Virus record (IMG/VR): IMGVR_UViG_3300009181_000073 | Span: 1,593-65,592 of that record | Length of the DNA: 64,000 bases | DNA from: a virus | Taxonomy: Duplodnaviria > Caudoviricetes | Direction: 5' to 3' (one strand) | Part shown: in pieces, positions 27,750 to 37,103 of the stretch | How the letters are laid out: every line of letters starts with the position of its first letter | How positions within the stretch are numbered: the first letter of the stretch is position 1 | Translations under genes and position numbers: made by a program | Notes under the pieces: generated by a model | The model's database searches: none | Told to the model about the DNA's origin: nothing | Seen by the model: the letters and a program-made list of their open reading frames with translations, nothing else

Positions 27750-27985
27750 TCAATAACCTCTTCAAAAAAATTAGTGTTTCGATCCCCACTATGAATAAAA
27801 CCAATAATTCCGTCCGTGGTTAAAATTCTCGTATCTTCCGTTAAAGACGACTTAGTATTATTAATAAACTCAATACACACAAATGGTTCATCTTCTTTCA
27901 ATAAACCAAGATGTTTGGAATACGTAGAGTCCTGCCAAATGTGATAAACATATTTTTTCGAAACATATAGTTTACCGGGAATCAT
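27746..27985 (-). CDS. GKLY-family small protein
   Basis: MIPGKLYVS ... RILTTDGIIGFI. Confidence 0.75.
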   Translation of the reverse strand: MIPGKLYVSKKYVYHIWQDSTYSKHLGLLKEDEPFVCIEFINNTKSSLTEDTRILTTDGIIGFIHSGDRNTNFFEEVIE

Positions 27986-28239
27986 TATTCCTTTACCTCT
28001 TTAAATAAATCGCCCTTATTAGAACGAATATATCCAATGTTTCCATTCGCATCTAATACCTTACAAAAACAATCAATGTTTTCAATAACCATGAAAACAG
28101 TAGTAAAATCTATATACATGAGAAGATTTGATAAATATTGTGGACTGCCATCGCCGAATGGTAGATTTGAAAATATAATATTTTCGAATAATGGGGTATT
28201 ATAAGTTACAGAACAATATAATTTACCTGGAATAATCAT
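27985..28239 (-). CDS. GKLY-family small protein
   Basis: IPGKLYCS ... KVLDANGNIGYI. Confidence 0.75.
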   Translation of the reverse strand: MIIPGKLYCSVTYNTPLFENIIFSNLPFGDGSPQYLSNLLMYIDFTTVFMVIENIDCFCKVLDANGNIGYIRSNKGDLFKEVKE

Positions 28240-28490
28240 TCCATTGCCTCTTTGAAACGAGCACTAAAACCATCGGTATAACGAATATATCCAATGTTTC
28301 CATCGGTATCTAATATTTTAGAAAAACCATAGAAGTTATCTTTCATGTTTTCAATAACCATGAAAACAGTTTCAGATCGCATATAGGAAAGAAAATCTGA
28401 CAGATAATGTTGACCTTCGTCGTATAATTCAATACTTCCCCATACTTCTGTACTGTAAGCCGAAGAACGATATAGCTTACCGGGAATCAT
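28236..28490 (-). CDS. GKLY-family small protein
   Basis: MIPGKLYRS ... KILDTDGNIGYI. Confidence 0.75.
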   Translation of the reverse strand: MIPGKLYRSSAYSTEVWGSIELYDEGQHYLSDFLSYMRSETVFMVIENMKDNFYGFSKILDTDGNIGYIRYTDGFSARFKEAME

Positions 28491-28744
28491 TATTCCCTTA
28501 CCTCTTTGAAAATAGCACTAAAATGATTGTTATGAATATATCCAATGTTTCCATCGGTATCTAATATTTTAGAAAAACCATAGAAGTTATAATTATCTTT
28601 CATGTTTTCAATAACCATGAAAACAGTTTCAGGTGGCATATACATAAGAAAATCTAACAGATAGTGTTTACCTTCGTAATTTTCAATTCTTCCCCATATC
28701 TCTGTATTATAAACCGGAGAACAATATAATTTACCGGGAATCAT
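28490..28744 (-). CDS. GKLY-family small protein
   Basis: MIPGKLYCS ... KILDTDGNIGYI. Confidence 0.75.
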   Translation of the reverse strand: MIPGKLYCSPVYNTEIWGRIENYEGKHYLLDFLMYMPPETVFMVIENMKDNYNFYGFSKILDTDGNIGYIHNNHFSAIFKEVRE

Positions 28745-29130
28745 TAACCCCACCGAATAATATCATCTGGATTAGATACGCTTGCGGCAAGCTGTAGGAG
28801 CCTCTCCAGTCGAGCAGAAACATAGCCCTCATCTCTGCCGCAATAATAAATTTGAGCGCCCTGAAGGCCCCTCTCCATGCTTGGAGCAATGGATTCATTC
28901 GTGGTGTTGCTCGTATTGTTCAAACGAATAATAGTGCGGCGAACCAAAACAGACAAATCCTTGGCGCTAATCTCTCCGTAAAGCTCGCCGTCAACATCAC
29001 AAAGACCCAATACCAAAAGAATATCCCGAGCATTGCTGTTGCTTACATTAAGTTCAGGACAACCCCCAGTAACATTGTAATCTTCATCATACTGAACAGG
29101 ATTCTTAGGATCATAAAATGTAACACTCAT
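28744..29130 (-). CDS. hypothetical protein
   Basis: ORF behind TTGACT-N17-TAGATT. Confidence 0.65.
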   Translation of the reverse strand: MSVTFYDPKNPVQYDEDYNVTGGCPELNVSNSNARDILLVLGLCDVDGELYGEISAKDLSVLVRRTIIRLNNTSNTTNESIAPSMERGLQGAQIYYCGRDEGYVSARLERLLQLAASVSNPDDIIRWG

Positions 29131-29283
29131 AGTCAAACTAATCTACACCATCCAATCCAGTAAGTCAAACAATATCTATGTAATGGAAGACAACCAATAG
29201 AAGAAGGCCAATAGAACATAGTTGTCTTTGTTGTTGACTTATCTGTCACAAAAGAGTAGATTCACAAAAGAGGAAATAAAAAC

Positions 29284-29427
29284 ATGTCTAAAGGTAGTGA
29301 TCCATTTGATGCTCTAATTGGCCTAGTACGTATTTGGCTTTGGGTTCCAATTATTTTGTTCATGATCAAATTTATCTTTTGGTCAACCGTTTTTATTGGC
29401 ATTTATGCTTGGATTTGTTCACTCTGA
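29284..29427 (+). CDS. small membrane protein (47 aa, not in the ORF track)
   Basis: MSKGSDPFDALIGLVRIWLWVPIILF...; GAGG RBS; TTGACT-N17-TAGATT promoter. Confidence 0.6.
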   Translation: MSKGSDPFDALIGLVRIWLWVPIILFMIKFIFWSTVFIGIYAWICSL

Positions 29428-29441
29428 TTTCTGGAGGAATT

Positions 29442-29660
29442 ATGAAAAATACTATTGAGAATGATGTATTCGTGGTCATGGAAGGTGCAAAAATCGGTGG
29501 AGTATATCGTTGGCGTGATGATGCCAATGTTCATGCCCAAGCTGTCGGAGGTACTGTTGTTGTTCAAGGTATCAAAAACAAAATCCCAGGTTGGGTAGAA
29601 ACAATGGTCGCTTCCGCAAAAGAAAAAGCCCAAATGCAAAACTCTGTGGTACGCCGATGA
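29442..29660 (+). CDS. hypothetical protein
   Basis: GGAGG RBS before MKNTIEND. Confidence 0.65.
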   Translation: MKNTIENDVFVVMEGAKIGGVYRWRDDANVHAQAVGGTVVVQGIKNKIPGWVETMVASAKEKAQMQNSVVRR

Positions 29661-30124
29661 ATGATGATACAAAAATTGGAATCCCATCAAAGCAAGCAGC
29701 AATGATGCTATCTCAACTTGCTGATATGGACTATGATCAAGTTGGAATCATTCATGATCTTGGACTCGGTATTGCTTCTACAATGGAAACAATTGCAGCA
29801 ACTATAGAAAATCCACCAAAGAAAATCAAAAAAGGTTGCCAAGTAATTCAATTGGGAAGCCAACTGTTTGTACCAATCAGAGATCTTAAAAAATCTTTGG
29901 AAGATGGTGAATTGGATTTGGAATCATACTTGCGTAAACTAAATGCAATCACAGATGATCTTTGTGAGATTACAGAAAAAAATCATGCAGTTATGGCAAA
30001 TCCAAATATACGAAATCATATGAAACGATTAGCAAATACAATCGTTATCGGCGTTGAGGCTGGATCTATTCTGAATACTATGTTTGGAATTATTGATAGC
30101 GAAGATTTGATTCATTCTGATTAG
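29657..30124 (+). CDS. hypothetical protein
   Basis: ATGA-coupled start MNDDTKIG. Confidence 0.65.
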   Translation: MNDDTKIGIPSKQAAMMLSQLADMDYDQVGIIHDLGLGIASTMETIAATIENPPKKIKKGCQVIQLGSQLFVPIRDLKKSLEDGELDLESYLRKLNAITDDLCEITEKNHAVMANPNIRNHMKRLANTIVIGVEAGSILNTMFGIIDSEDLIHSD

Positions 30125-31604
30125 GATGTAGAATATCCTTTGAGTCTGCTTTCTTTTTAGTTTCTGATGGTTTAAGATTATCCATAGACCAATAAGATTT
30201 AAATCCTGGATGATTTGGTGAATCGTATATAAAACATGATTTTGGTTTTATATGTTTTATATACCAATAAGATCCATAATTTTCCCAACTCATTTTTTCA
30301 TCAAATAATTTTTCCAAATGCTCTTTCAGTTGGATTGTTGAATACCCAATTAAAGACTGCCATTTTGCTTTGGATTTCAGTAGATTATCATTTTTTAATG
30401 ATTCTCGCACAGCATGGCTCATACATTTTCCTAATCGAAAATGTATGTCTGTTTTGCTTTTTTCCCTTTCAGCCTTATTTCGTTTAGCACGAACTTCTGG
30501 ATTGGATAAATATTCCTTCTGCCGAAGCATAACTTTATCTTTATTTAACTTATAATGGTTTCTTTGTCTTACTAATTCTTTATCTTTATTTTTCTCTCTA
30601 TATACCTTGTTTTGTAATTTTATCTTTTCTGCATTTCTCTGCCCGTGTTTTATTCTCACGTTTCGAACATGCTCTTTATTTTTAGGATTTGATATATAAC
30701 GAGCGAATGCAATCGCATGGACGCATTTTTTACAATTTACGCTTTTTTTATTATCTCTTTTCAAAAGGAAATCTATTCCACATGTTTTACATTTTCTTTC
30801 AAGGGACGGAACAAGACCATGTTTCTCCTTATACCTTTTCATGATCATTGATTTAATACATTCCTTGCAGTTTATATTTTTTGAGTCATTCCGGCGAATA
30901 TTGTATTTTGAACCACAGTTTTGACATATGCGCTCTATACAAACATTGGTCTTACCACGTGTCTCATCCAATATATTAATCATCTTCTTACGAAACTCTG
31001 GATCTTGCCAACGATTCTTCAATCTCTCGGATGCCAAAATACTTGCTTCTGATTCTGCAAGACTTTCTATTTGATTTTTACGATATGTTGGATCTTTCCA
31101 ACATGCCTGCTGTGCTTTACTCTGTTTCTCTCTAACTGAGTCCGATGACATTATTTCATGCATTTTCTGCCGATAGCTATGATTGCCCCAGCGTTCCTTG
31201 CTTTGCTTTGATAAGAACTGTTTAGTCTCTTCTGGAGTCATTGAAAAACATGAACGCTCTTTGGCTTCGGTCTTTTGTTTGAAGTTATAGCATTGACCTT
31301 GCTTGTCGTAATATTGTGCTATCCACCACTCTTCCCTATGATTTCTCTGTTCCTTTGATGAGTCTTCCATAACCTCAAGGATATAGAATTCAATGAAGTC
31401 ATCATGTCCAAGCTCTTCCTTGCACTTGGCAAAGTCATTTCTAAGAAATCGATTGCAATGCTTACCGTTCAGCAAAGATCTAACATGATCACGCCAACGA
31501 GATTTGAACTGTTTGGCTTGTCCGATGTAGATCCGATTATTATGAGTGTTTAGGATTTTGTAAATCCCAGGCTTGAGTAAATTTTCTTCGTCATGTAGCT
31601 TCAT
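30090..31604 (-). CDS. GIY-YIG homing endonuclease with degenerate C-terminal HNH-like domain
   Basis: GIYKILN...IYIGQA...RW..H; C-terminus parallels that of the HNH at 10267-11076. Confidence 0.8.
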   Translation of the reverse strand: MKLHDEENLLKPGIYKILNTHNNRIYIGQAKQFKSRWRDHVRSLLNGKHCNRFLRNDFAKCKEELGHDDFIEFYILEVMEDSSKEQRNHREEWWIAQYYDKQGQCYNFKQKTEAKERSCFSMTPEETKQFLSKQSKERWGNHSYRQKMHEIMSSDSVREKQSKAQQACWKDPTYRKNQIESLAESEASILASERLKNRWQDPEFRKKMINILDETRGKTNVCIERICQNCGSKYNIRRNDSKNINCKECIKSMIMKRYKEKHGLVPSLERKCKTCGIDFLLKRDNKKSVNCKKCVHAIAFARYISNPKNKEHVRNVRIKHGQRNAEKIKLQNKVYREKNKDKELVRQRNHYKLNKDKVMLRQKEYLSNPEVRAKRNKAEREKSKTDIHFRLGKCMSHAVRESLKNDNLLKSKAKWQSLIGYSTIQLKEHLEKLFDEKMSWENYGSYWYIKHIKPKSCFIYDSPNHPGFKSYWSMDNLKPSETKKKADSKDILHPNQNESNLRYQ

Positions 31605-31640
31605 ATCAATACGTATGAAGCAGAGGGAGGTTTGTATCCG

Positions 31641-32057
31641 TCAGCCCAGTCCCGCATATGTTAGAATATTAACATATGCATTACTACCAGTATAATAAGG
31701 GTCACTGGCACTCCATGGATATGAGCCAGTCAAAGTAGGAATGCTTGCTGTTGGAATTCCTGTCAATCCTGCCGCTACACAAAATGTAGATCCAGTAACC
31801 CACATTTCTTTCACACGAAAATCAAAAGTAACACTTTGTCCGCTGGCAACAGTGTATTTATTGGTTCCAACAAGACCATTTGCTGTAAAGGCAAATGTTG
31901 TTGCTCCACCTGTTGCTCCAATGGTTATATCTTTGGTTACATATGGGAATTCTATTTTAACAGCAGTACCAGCAGCAGCAGTGCTGCTTGTAAGAAATGG
32001 TAATCCCGAAGTCTGATAAGCTGGGACGAAGTTATAACCGGGTGGTGGGTATTGCAT
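31641..32057 (-). CDS. hypothetical protein, possibly structural (Thr/Gly/Ala-rich)
   Basis: Beta-rich composition. Confidence 0.6.
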   Translation of the reverse strand: MQYPPPGYNFVPAYQTSGLPFLTSSTAAAGTAVKIEFPYVTKDITIGATGGATTFAFTANGLVGTNKYTVASGQSVTFDFRVKEMWVTGSTFCVAAGLTGIPTASIPTLTGSYPWSASDPYYTGSNAYVNILTYAGLG

Positions 32058-32120
32058 ATTATTTTTTCCTTTTGACTATTTAGTCAATAACTATTAATCA
32101 GAATAGAAAAGGGGATTTAT

Positions 32121-32621
32121 ATGAAAGAAATTAATATTGAAGAATGTCTGGAAGAGTGTATTAAACACTATGGTGATAGTGAATATGCACCACTAGCTGT
32201 TTTTCTTGGCATGACCGAAGCTTTACAGATGATGCTGCACAGCCATCATTGGGAGACCCAAGGGCCTACGTACTTTGCTGATCACCAATTGTTTCAGCGT
32301 CTATATACAGCAATGGATGCACAGATTGATCAGCTGGGTGAAAGGGTAGTAGGACTATCCAAGGAACCAAAACTTGTTAATTATTTTTCTCGTATGAAGG
32401 TTAAGCAGAAATTCCTTGAGACATGTACTACACCAGATCCATATATGGTGGTAAGTCTTGCCGCAGAAAAAGCTTATGTTCATATTGGTGAAAAGCTAAT
32501 GGATAGATTGAAAGAAGCTGGTCTTCTTTCTAGAGGTCTAGAACAAATGCTTGGTAATATTCTAGATGTACATGAAACACACGTTTATCTACTAGATCAA
32601 AGAACCAAAGGTATGCTTTAA
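32121..32621 (+). CDS. dps: Dps/ferritin-like protein
   Basis: HHWETQGPTYFADHQLFQRLY...DQLGER ferroxidase pattern. Confidence 0.85.
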   Translation: MKEINIEECLEECIKHYGDSEYAPLAVFLGMTEALQMMLHSHHWETQGPTYFADHQLFQRLYTAMDAQIDQLGERVVGLSKEPKLVNYFSRMKVKQKFLETCTTPDPYMVVSLAAEKAYVHIGEKLMDRLKEAGLLSRGLEQMLGNILDVHETHVYLLDQRTKGML

Positions 32622-33082
32622 GCCTTCATTTCTTCTTCTACCGGCTCTTTCGAGCTTTCATCTTTTACTTCCTCATCTTTTACTGAATGATCCACGATCG
32701 TAAACTTAACCTTTTTGGTAGATTTAATCCCAAATGGTTTCCCTTTGCGATAAAGGATTTCAGCAAACCCAGAGCCAACAGCCATTGTAAGGTCTTCTGG
32801 AGAAATTTTAACCTCCTGCTTTGTCATAGCATTAATTGCCGACAAACAATCTGCTTCTAGTGCCGTAACCTTATATTGAGAATGTTCCAGCCCTACAATA
32901 TCATCAATCTTTACTTTCTTTAGCCAATCTTTGTTCATCTCTAGATCAGGAATAGACTTACCAGAAGCCATGAATTTCATGATGCCATTGAGATGATCAC
33001 GGCATTGTCGTCCTGGATAAAGATATTCATTTGGATGATTCTTGACTTTTACTGTGATGGTCTTTGTTTCTGTTTTTGCCAT
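32618..33082 (-). CDS. hypothetical protein
   Basis: 154-aa ORF. Confidence 0.65.
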   Translation of the reverse strand: MAKTETKTITVKVKNHPNEYLYPGRQCRDHLNGIMKFMASGKSIPDLEMNKDWLKKVKIDDIVGLEHSQYKVTALEADCLSAINAMTKQEVKISPEDLTMAVGSGFAEILYRKGKPFGIKSTKKVKFTIVDHSVKDEEVKDESSKEPVEEEMKA

Positions 33083-33249
33083 TTTATTTGTTTTTCTTTA
33101 ATAGAGAACGAATTTTTGTTTTAAAACTTGATAGAACTAGTATAGAGTTTTCTACTAATGAATGCAAGTCTAATTGAAGATAGAATCTACAACAGAGCAA
33201 ACAAATAAAATAAAAAATTATTTTAATTATTCGCATTGCTTCGATAGTC

Positions 33250-33462
33250 TCAGTCTTCGGTTTGAGCAGCAGGAGGGGTTGTAACTGGGACTTCATCTGA
33301 TTCCTCATATGAGGAGAAGAAATCATCCGATGGCCTTTGAGGCTTTATATTGCGCTGTTGAGAACGAGACACGTGGCGTTCCACATCTTTTTCAGATAGA
33401 CGCTTCTTTGTAAAGCGTTCAAAACCACCAGCATACTTGTTGTTTTTTCCTACCTTAGCCAT
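33250..33462 (-). CDS. small basic hypothetical protein
   Basis: AAGGA RBS. Confidence 0.55.
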   Translation of the reverse strand: MAKVGKNNKYAGGFERFTKKRLSEKDVERHVSRSQQRNIKPQRPSDDFFSSYEESDEVPVTTPPAAQTED

Positions 33463-33547
33463 CTTGTTTATCCTTGTTTCCTTTTCGTTGTTGTGGACTG
33501 ATCAATCAGTCTTGATATAGAGACTATATGTTAGTTGCCGCCGAATG

Positions 33548-33787
33548 TCAATCGCTACTTACAAGAATCATTTCATGGGGTTTCATCAATATTTCTCCAG
33601 AATAACCTTCTGAATTTAAAATGCCAAAGATATTGTATTCCTCATAAGGTGCTTTTCTGACAGATAATAGCATTAAAACTTCTTCACCCGTAACAGCAAG
33701 TGGAGTGTGGTTAGTAGTCATTGCTGCAAGTATAATCGGAGAGCCTGATAGAAGTTGGATTTTGTATAGTTTACCTATATGGAACAT
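33548..33787 (-). CDS. GKLY-family small protein
   Basis: HIGKLYKI ... GILNSEGYSGEI. Confidence 0.7.
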   Translation of the reverse strand: MFHIGKLYKIQLLSGSPIILAAMTTNHTPLAVTGEEVLMLLSVRKAPYEEYNIFGILNSEGYSGEILMKPHEMILVSSD

Positions 33788-34083
33788 TAGTTTAATGTAG
33801 CTGGAATACAAATCCCATAGCGAATCAAGGATTCTATAAATGATTCTTCATCATGAAAATTTACATGCAATGTGTTTTGTGCATTTAATGCCTTTGACAC
33901 TGATTCCATGAATTCTTGATTGTTTTTAAATGGCACCTTTTCAGCTGATCTAAGGGCTTCAACAAAATTTTCTGGCGTATTAAAAATAAAAATCTCACGT
34001 TCATGTGTGGTTTCTCCAATTAATACAACAGGTTGTCCAGCCTTAAACATTTTGATACTTTTCTGATTGGAATCTTTCTTCAT
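33787..34083 (-). CDS. hypothetical protein
   Basis: ORF in the gene run. Confidence 0.6.
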   Translation of the reverse strand: MKKDSNQKSIKMFKAGQPVVLIGETTHEREIFIFNTPENFVEALRSAEKVPFKNNQEFMESVSKALNAQNTLHVNFHDEESFIESLIRYGICIPATLN

Positions 34084-34087
34084 GTTT

Positions 34088-34273
34088 TTATTTCTGTTTT
34101 GATTCAAAGCTTTTTAGCCGAAAGTCTGGAATACTCTCATACTCTTTTGTCAACATATCATACACAACAAATTGTTTCAATCCTTTATCAACATCACAAA
34201 CAATGCCGTGAACATTCTTTCGATGTGTAAACTGAAACTTATATTCTTTGCCAATCCTTAGTGTTTCTAGCAT
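34088..34273 (-). CDS. small beta-barrel-like hypothetical protein
   Basis: LRIGKEYKF; possibly a distant GKLY relative. Confidence 0.5.
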   Translation of the reverse strand: MLETLRIGKEYKFQFTHRKNVHGIVCDVDKGLKQFVVYDMLTKEYESIPDFRLKSFESKQK

Positions 34274-34296
34274 AATTATTTTCTTTTAGATTATTG

Positions 34297-34545
34297 TTAA
34301 AGCATTTTTATTTCTTTTGGATATAAATACGATATGGTGCCAACCTGACCGGAAGGAAATAGTGCAGTAATCTTACAGTATTTACCATTACATTCAATAC
34401 CTAGCATTAGAAAAACAGTTTCTTTGCTTGGGAATGTTACAGATTTATCATTTATAACCGCTCCAAAGTCATCATCGAATATATTAAACACAATCTGATA
34501 TAGTTTACCAATAGGAAACTTTTGTTTTATCTCTTCGGTTGTCAT
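34297..34545 (-). CDS. GKLY-family small protein
   Basis: FPIGKLYQI ... TALFPSGQVGTI. Confidence 0.7.
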   Translation of the reverse strand: MTTEEIKQKFPIGKLYQIVFNIFDDDFGAVINDKSVTFPSKETVFLMLGIECNGKYCKITALFPSGQVGTISYLYPKEIKML

Positions 34546-34596
34546 TGGTTCTTTCTACTAGTGTTATCAGATCGTTTTTCCTATTTATAAAGCATT

Positions 34597-34869
34597 TTAT
34601 TGAATTAATTTCAAATTATGTTCATCAAACAAAAATATCTCGCAACATTCTCCAGTGGAAAGTAAAGCAGTTATCTTAACATACCCTATACAATCATCGC
34701 ATGCATTTATATCAAGCAAAAGAAAAAAATCTTCATTGCATTTAAATGCACGATAATTATCATTTACATATGCTTCAAAAAAATTTGAAGCATTTCCAAA
34801 ATTAATTTGATATAGTTTACCAATAGGAAACTTTTGTTTTAGCTCTTTATTTGCCATTGATGTATTCAC
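34597..34869 (-). CDS. GKLY-family small protein
   Basis: FPIGKLYQI ... TALLSTGE. Confidence 0.7.
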   Translation of the reverse strand: MNTSMANKELKQKFPIGKLYQINFGNASNFFEAYVNDNYRAFKCNEDFFLLLDINACDDCIGYVKITALLSTGECCEIFLFDEHNLKLIQ

Positions 34870-34892
34870 TCTTACGATAATAATTGGATTTT

Positions 34893-35159
34893 TTATCGTT
34901 CAACTAATTCCATATCACCTGGACAAATCGCATATACCAAAAATAATTTTCCATCGCTCGCCAATACTGTGGCTTCTGTTTGACAAATTTCTTCTGGGTC
35001 ATGTGAAGAAGCATAATATACACTGGTTTCAATTAACATGAACAGTTCGTTTGTGAATTGCCAAGCCTTCAAACTGTGAATGTCATAGAACAAATGATTG
35101 GATTTTACTTTGTATATTTTACCTACAACGAAAAGATCCCGATAATCACCATTCTTCAT
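34893..35159 (-). CDS. GKLY-family small protein
   Basis: VVGKIYKV ... TVLASDGK. Confidence 0.65.
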   Translation of the reverse strand: MKNGDYRDLFVVGKIYKVKSNHLFYDIHSLKAWQFTNELFMLIETSVYYASSHDPEEICQTEATVLASDGKLFLVYAICPGDMELVER

Positions 35160-36199
35160 GCGATCACTCCACCACCCATTACTACATCATCCTGATAAAA
35201 AACACAACTTTGTCCTGCTGCTACTCCAAATACATCATTGGCCAATGTAACTTCTACCGCATCACCTTCACCAAGACTCCTAATCGCCTCTACAGTGACA
35301 GGAGCAGAGTGATACCTCAGAACGGCTGTGATCCCAGTTGTATCGCCCTTAAAGTCAATCCTGTGGTTATTGAGACGCAGTGTGCGAGCACTGGCTTGTT
35401 CCCGTGTTCCTACAACCACACGGTTGCTAGCTGGAAGCACGTTAAGAACATATCGAGGAGTACCGGTTCCTCCAATACTTGCACGCTGACCTGTGACAAA
35501 ACGTGCATAACCGTTATGCCGACCAATGACCGTTCCAGTTGAATCAATGAACTCCCCTGGATTACTTTCTGTGTTAATACCATGCTTTGCAAGAAATGCC
35601 TCCTTTGTTCCACCCTCCAGAAAACACAAATCCGTAGAATCCTTCTTATCAGCTACATGCAGCCCAAACTCACGAGCTAGAGCACGAGTGTCATCCTTGC
35701 TCGTAAATTCTCCAAGAGGAAACATAATCCGATCAACAAGATGTGTAGGAGTCTCCCAAAGAAAATAACTTTGATCCTTTGCAGCATTAACCGCCTTGGC
35801 AATCTTGCCATCCTTAACACGAGCATAATGCCCAGTTGCAACATAATCACAACCAAAATGGTTTGCAACTGCAACAAGCACTGGAATCTTCACAGTGCTA
35901 TTACAAGATACACAAGGATTATATGCAATCCCATCACGAGCACCCTGAACGTATTTGTCAATGATATTCTTCTTAAAATGCTGCTTCCAGTTTGTAACAA
36001 GGTATTCAATACCCATCTTGTCACAAACCATCTTGGCATCACGAATATCCTTGAATGTGCAGCAACCCTCCGATTCTTCTGAGGTAGCCTCAAGAAGCTT
36101 TAGGGTATAGCCATATACTTCATGCCCTTGCTGCTTCAGCAAAGCAATAGTAACTGCGCTATCAATTCCACCGCTTAGCCCAACTAGTACCTTTGACAT
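35156..36199 (-). CDS. mnmA: tRNA-specific 2-thiouridylase MnmA
   Basis: SGGIDS PP-loop, NPCVSCN, ATGHYA, KDQSYFL, DLCF, GQSCVFY; leaderless promoter TTGACA-N17-TATCCT. Confidence 0.95.
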   Translation of the reverse strand: MSKVLVGLSGGIDSAVTIALLKQQGHEVYGYTLKLLEATSEESEGCCTFKDIRDAKMVCDKMGIEYLVTNWKQHFKKNIIDKYVQGARDGIAYNPCVSCNSTVKIPVLVAVANHFGCDYVATGHYARVKDGKIAKAVNAAKDQSYFLWETPTHLVDRIMFPLGEFTSKDDTRALAREFGLHVADKKDSTDLCFLEGGTKEAFLAKHGINTESNPGEFIDSTGTVIGRHNGYARFVTGQRASIGGTGTPRYVLNVLPASNRVVVGTREQASARTLRLNNHRIDFKGDTTGITAVLRYHSAPVTVEAIRSLGEGDAVEVTLANDVFGVAAGQSCVFYQDDVVMGGGVIA

Positions 36200-36252
36200 G
36201 GACAAAGGATAACAGGCTAAGCGGGATGTGTCAATGTGATTGTTGTTTTTAA

Positions 36253-36513
36253 TTAACGGATTGGATGGAGTTTGCGGATTAGTTTTGCGGCAATTTCATG
36301 AATTCGACAATATACATATTGTCTCCAGACTACTTCAGACATTCCAGAAATATTGACTTGGTCTGAGATTTTAATATCACCATTGGTCAAGAGTAGAAAA
36401 TAATTTCCTGATCCTCTATATTCAATCTCTAAAGTGCCACCATACGTTTCAATATATTTTCTGGATATCTCTTTGGCAATCCCTAGAAAAATACTATGCT
36501 CGATTGTAATCAT
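36253..36513 (-). CDS. hypothetical protein
   Basis: ORF in the gene run. Confidence 0.55.
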   Translation of the reverse strand: MITIEHSIFLGIAKEISRKYIETYGGTLEIEYRGSGNYFLLLTNGDIKISDQVNISGMSEVVWRQYVYCRIHEIAAKLIRKLHPIR

Positions 36514-36721
36514 CTACTTTTACCTCACCAACCACATAGCTTGCTGGAACAAATACAGATACTTTTACCGGAGAACCTAAAAGTTCTCCATAAAGACCCT
36601 CTTTGTATTTTGACCACATTACACAACGTACTTTTGTTTGATTGGTTAGGAGATAGATTTTACCAGTGTCAGTTTCTACTTGTACTTTTTTATTTGGTGT
36701 TTTCTTATTAGTTGTCGTCAT
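36494..36721 (-). CDS. hypothetical protein
   Basis: AAGGA RBS before MTTTNKK. Confidence 0.55.
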   Translation of the reverse strand: MTTTNKKTPNKKVQVETDTGKIYLLTNQTKVRCVMWSKYKEGLYGELLGSPVKVSVFVPASYVVGEVKVDDYNRA

Positions 36722-37103
36722 TAGCATTTCCTTTAGCATGTTCATCACAAGAAGTATAAAACCACCCTCTGTGTGATCTAATTTTAGATGTCTCTATTTT
36801 ACCACAAACCTCACAGGTTTCTCCAGAGATTCTTTCTGCTTCGTCAACCATTTTAACTACTTCGTCATCACCGCCTTCAAAATATGCACGCAATGTGCCA
36901 AATTTTTCTTTTATTTGAACGAAGTAAGCTGGGACATAGTCACTCTTGACTATCTTTTCATAACCAACAATACCATCGAATAAATTCCGTAACAATTTTT
37001 CCCATCCAGAATTGTGTTCAAAATACGCAATTCTTTTTAATAGTTTAGGATAATCTTGTTTAAGTTTTTCTTGCCATTTAAAGGCATCTTCATTATTTGA
37101 CAT
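36708..37103 (-). CDS. conserved-type phage hypothetical protein
   Basis: QIKEKFGTLRAY ... TCEVCG ... TSC motif. Confidence 0.75.
   Translation of the reverse strand: MSNNEDAFKWQEKLKQDYPKLLKRIAYFEHNSGWEKLLRNLFDGIVGYEKIVKSDYVPAYFVQIKEKFGTLRAYFEGGDDEVVKMVDEAERISGETCEVCGKIETSKIRSHRGWFYTSCDEHAKGNANDDN

Noticed and set aside
1522-35159. Diversity-generating retroelement or integron as the source of GKLY diversity
   Set aside because: No reverse transcriptase, no adenine-specific TR/VR pair, and no integrase or attC-like sites were seen in this window.
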